Below, in pieces: positions 34,718 to 36,266 of a DNA stretch of 36,266 bases. Made by a program: the position numbers and the translations under genes. The first letter of the stretch is position 1. Every line of letters begins with the position of its first letter. Below the pieces are notes generated by a model. It had not been told where the DNA came from and searched no databases. It worked only from the letters and a program-made list of their open reading frames with translations. The stretch is taken from positions 1 to 36,266 of the IMG/VR virus record IMGVR_UViG_3300020042_002709; one strand, written 5' to 3'. Origin of the DNA: a virus. Its lineage: Duplodnaviria; Caudoviricetes.

Positions 34718-34742
34718 AATATTGGTTTTGCCAAAATTAGTA

Positions 34743-35060
34743 CTATTCAGTTACTTCAGCAACTTCAGGAACTATTGGTTTAGGCACAGGTGGAACATAA
34801 TCCCCAATGATTGTAAGGTTAAGTTGGTCAGTAGATGCTGCCCAATTCCACGCATACTCATCATCATTACCCCAAGCAGTGTAAGCATCCCCACTCATTG
34901 TTAAGTTGCCTTGTGCTACATTAGCTAAATCACTATCTAATAATGAATAATAAAACGATGCAGATGAACCTAGCACCCCACCGATTACATACATATTAAA
35001 GATTGTTGCCGTTACTGATTTTCCGTTTATCCAACTTTGGATAGGAGAAATTTGTTTCAT
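34743..35060 (-). CDS. Tail-fibre-associated protein
   Basis: 105 aa with GNLTMSGDAYTAW..DDEYAW motif; downstream of the fibre. Confidence 0.6.
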   Translation of the reverse strand: MKQISPIQSWINGKSVTATIFNMYVIGGVLGSSASFYYSLLDSDLANVAQGNLTMSGDAYTAWGNDDEYAWNWAASTDQLNLTIIGDYVPPVPKPIVPEVAEVTE

Positions 35061-35080
35061 TTTATTTATATTTTATATTT

Positions 35081-35578
35081 TTAACACGAAAAAGTATCTA
35101 AAAGTATTCCTGCTGCACTTATTTGATAAGATGTTCCATTTCCGTAATAATATATCCATCTTGTTCCTGCAAATGTTTTAGCAGTAGTACAAGCACGATT
35201 ACTATAAAGTTGAGCACCTATTTGCCAAGGATATGTTGTGGCATCTATATATGGAACAAATAAAAATTGTTCGCCTGTTCCACCACAATCAGAGCTTGTT
35301 GTTTCCGATGTGCTAAATATAATGGAACAAGTTAAATCATATTTAGTTAATACCATTCCTGTAGAATATGCACTAAAAGTTGGGTATATACTAGATTCTC
35401 CATCTTCAGCAAATATTCCAATAATGTATGTATTTGTATCTGCAACAGTTACTAATTCCCTTGTATCAGGCAATGCTGAATAAGAATTACCTGCAAACCC
35501 ACCTGTGGTAATTCCATCTTTTAATGCCTTAAAACTTACACATTGATTGTATGCGTTACCTGTCCAAGTATCTGCCAT
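35081..35578 (-). CDS. Tail-fibre-associated hypothetical protein
   Basis: 165 aa, Thr/Gly-rich, directly after the fibre stop. Confidence 0.6.
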   Translation of the reverse strand: MADTWTGNAYNQCVSFKALKDGITTGGFAGNSYSALPDTRELVTVADTNTYIIGIFAEDGESSIYPTFSAYSTGMVLTKYDLTCSIIFSTSETTSSDCGGTGEQFLFVPYIDATTYPWQIGAQLYSNRACTTAKTFAGTRWIYYYGNGTSYQISAAGILLDTFSC

Positions 35579-35579
35579 A

Positions 35580-36266
35580 TTAATTCATTTTAGCTTTTAG
35601 TTCTTTAATCTCTTGTTCTAATGCGTATATTTTAGCAGTATGCACCTCACGATAAGATAGGCTTAACATATCATCACTACCTTTTGAAACCGCACTATCT
35701 AATATACCCACAAAATCTTGAGCATAATAACCTAATTCAACCTTTCCGTTTTTAGTATAAAGTTTAGGAGTTATTGATGCAATGCCTTTTGTTTGGTAGT
35801 TATCTTGGATAAGTGTTTTTAATCTACTATCGGAAGATTCAAAGAATGATGTTGCGGTAACTGAACTTGAAAAGGTTGCTGCACCTTCAGCGGATAATGT
35901 AAATTTTGCTATATCGGATGCATCTCTACCAAACATTATATATTTTCCTGTACCACTTGGAGCTTTTACTTGCATTGCTATATCTGCATCATCGGTTGCA
36001 CCATTGACACGAAGTCTTGAACTAAATGTAGCTACTCCTGTTGAGGCTAATGTTAAAGCAGTAGAAATTGTTCCACCACTTGATACACTAAAAGACATTC
36101 CTGCAGCTGGTCCACCCCCGCCTGTAATATTATTAGCAGCTAAATCAACTATTGTATTTTTTAATCTTAATAATAAACCTGTGTTATGTGTACTCGCTTT
36201 ATAAAAATTAGCAACTGTATCAAATGTAGAATCTCCTGTTGAAGTTCTTTTTACATCTAATTGATA
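35580..36266 (-). CDS. Tail fibre 3' part with peptidase S74 intramolecular chaperone
   Basis: SDSRLK cleavage motif, GYYAQD and terminal coiled coil ALEQEIKELK; in frame with 1..4105. Confidence 0.9.
   Translation of the reverse strand, partial: YQLDVKRTSTGDSTFDTVANFYKASTHNTGLLLRLKNTIVDLAANNITGGGGPAAGMSFSVSSGGTISTALTLASTGVATFSSRLRVNGATDDADIAMQVKAPSGTGKYIMFGRDASDIAKFTLSAEGAATFSSSVTATSFFESSDSRLKTLIQDNYQTKGIASITPKLYTKNGKVELGYYAQDFVGILDSAVSKGSDDMLSLSYREVHTAKIYALEQEIKELKAKMN
36146..36266. repeat. Terminal overlap (duplicate of 1-121)
   Basis: Exact repeat of the window start. Confidence 0.95.

Noticed and set aside
5031-36204. Remaining short plus-strand track ORFs opposite long minus-strand genes (e.g. 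5031, 5457, 5916, 7172, 10000, 12509, 18884, 22864, 27794, 28382, 33318, 35238) and 12714..12938(-)
   Set aside because: They overlap well-supported genes and lack leaders or motifs; they show typical reverse-complement composition.
36146-36266. 121-bp terminal repeat as a biological direct terminal repeat
   Set aside because: It is an exact duplicate falling mid-gene, with a length typical of an assembler k-mer overlap. It indicates circular assembly only.
35081-36266. Diversity-generating retroelement or invertible fibre segment
   Set aside because: No reverse transcriptase, recombinase, or template/variable repeat pair seen.
1-36266. Stop-codon reassignment
   Set aside because: Long genes are intact in the standard code, and TAA, TAG and TGA all end genes.

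Overview
This looks like a complete, circularly assembled AT-rich tailed-phage genome of about 36,145 bp. Bases 36146-36266 repeat bases 1-121. It is siphovirus-like, and a Bacteroidota host is likely from TTTG-N20/21-TAnnTTTG promoters and A-rich leaders without Shine-Dalgarno motifs. Nearly all genes are on the minus strand: early/replication genes (ERF, DnaA-C-like, DUF4373 initiator, VRR-NUC, sigma-like factor), an LpxA-like acyltransferase with two glycosyltransferases, HNH and terminase, tail and head genes in a shuffled order, a ~1556-aa tail fibre spanning the contig break, and a lysis module. I saw no integrase, repressor or DNA polymerase. Highlights: (1) the prohead protease is fused via a GGPGSG linker to a zeta-toxin-like P-loop kinase, with a T9 slippery run just before the P-loop and a convergent, overlapping 56-aa acidic ORF as candidate antitoxin; (2) four accessory-cassette promoters carry paired LytTR/AlgR-type boxes (ACCGTTCAT in three, a variant in the fourth) although no phage LytTR gene is visible; (3) a kissing-loop RNA precedes the replication initiator; (4) a small pseudoknot-like element occurs twice with compensatory changes; (5) a ~470-bp non-coding region is packed with different palindromes. 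All calls are by-eye motif recognition; no searches were run.
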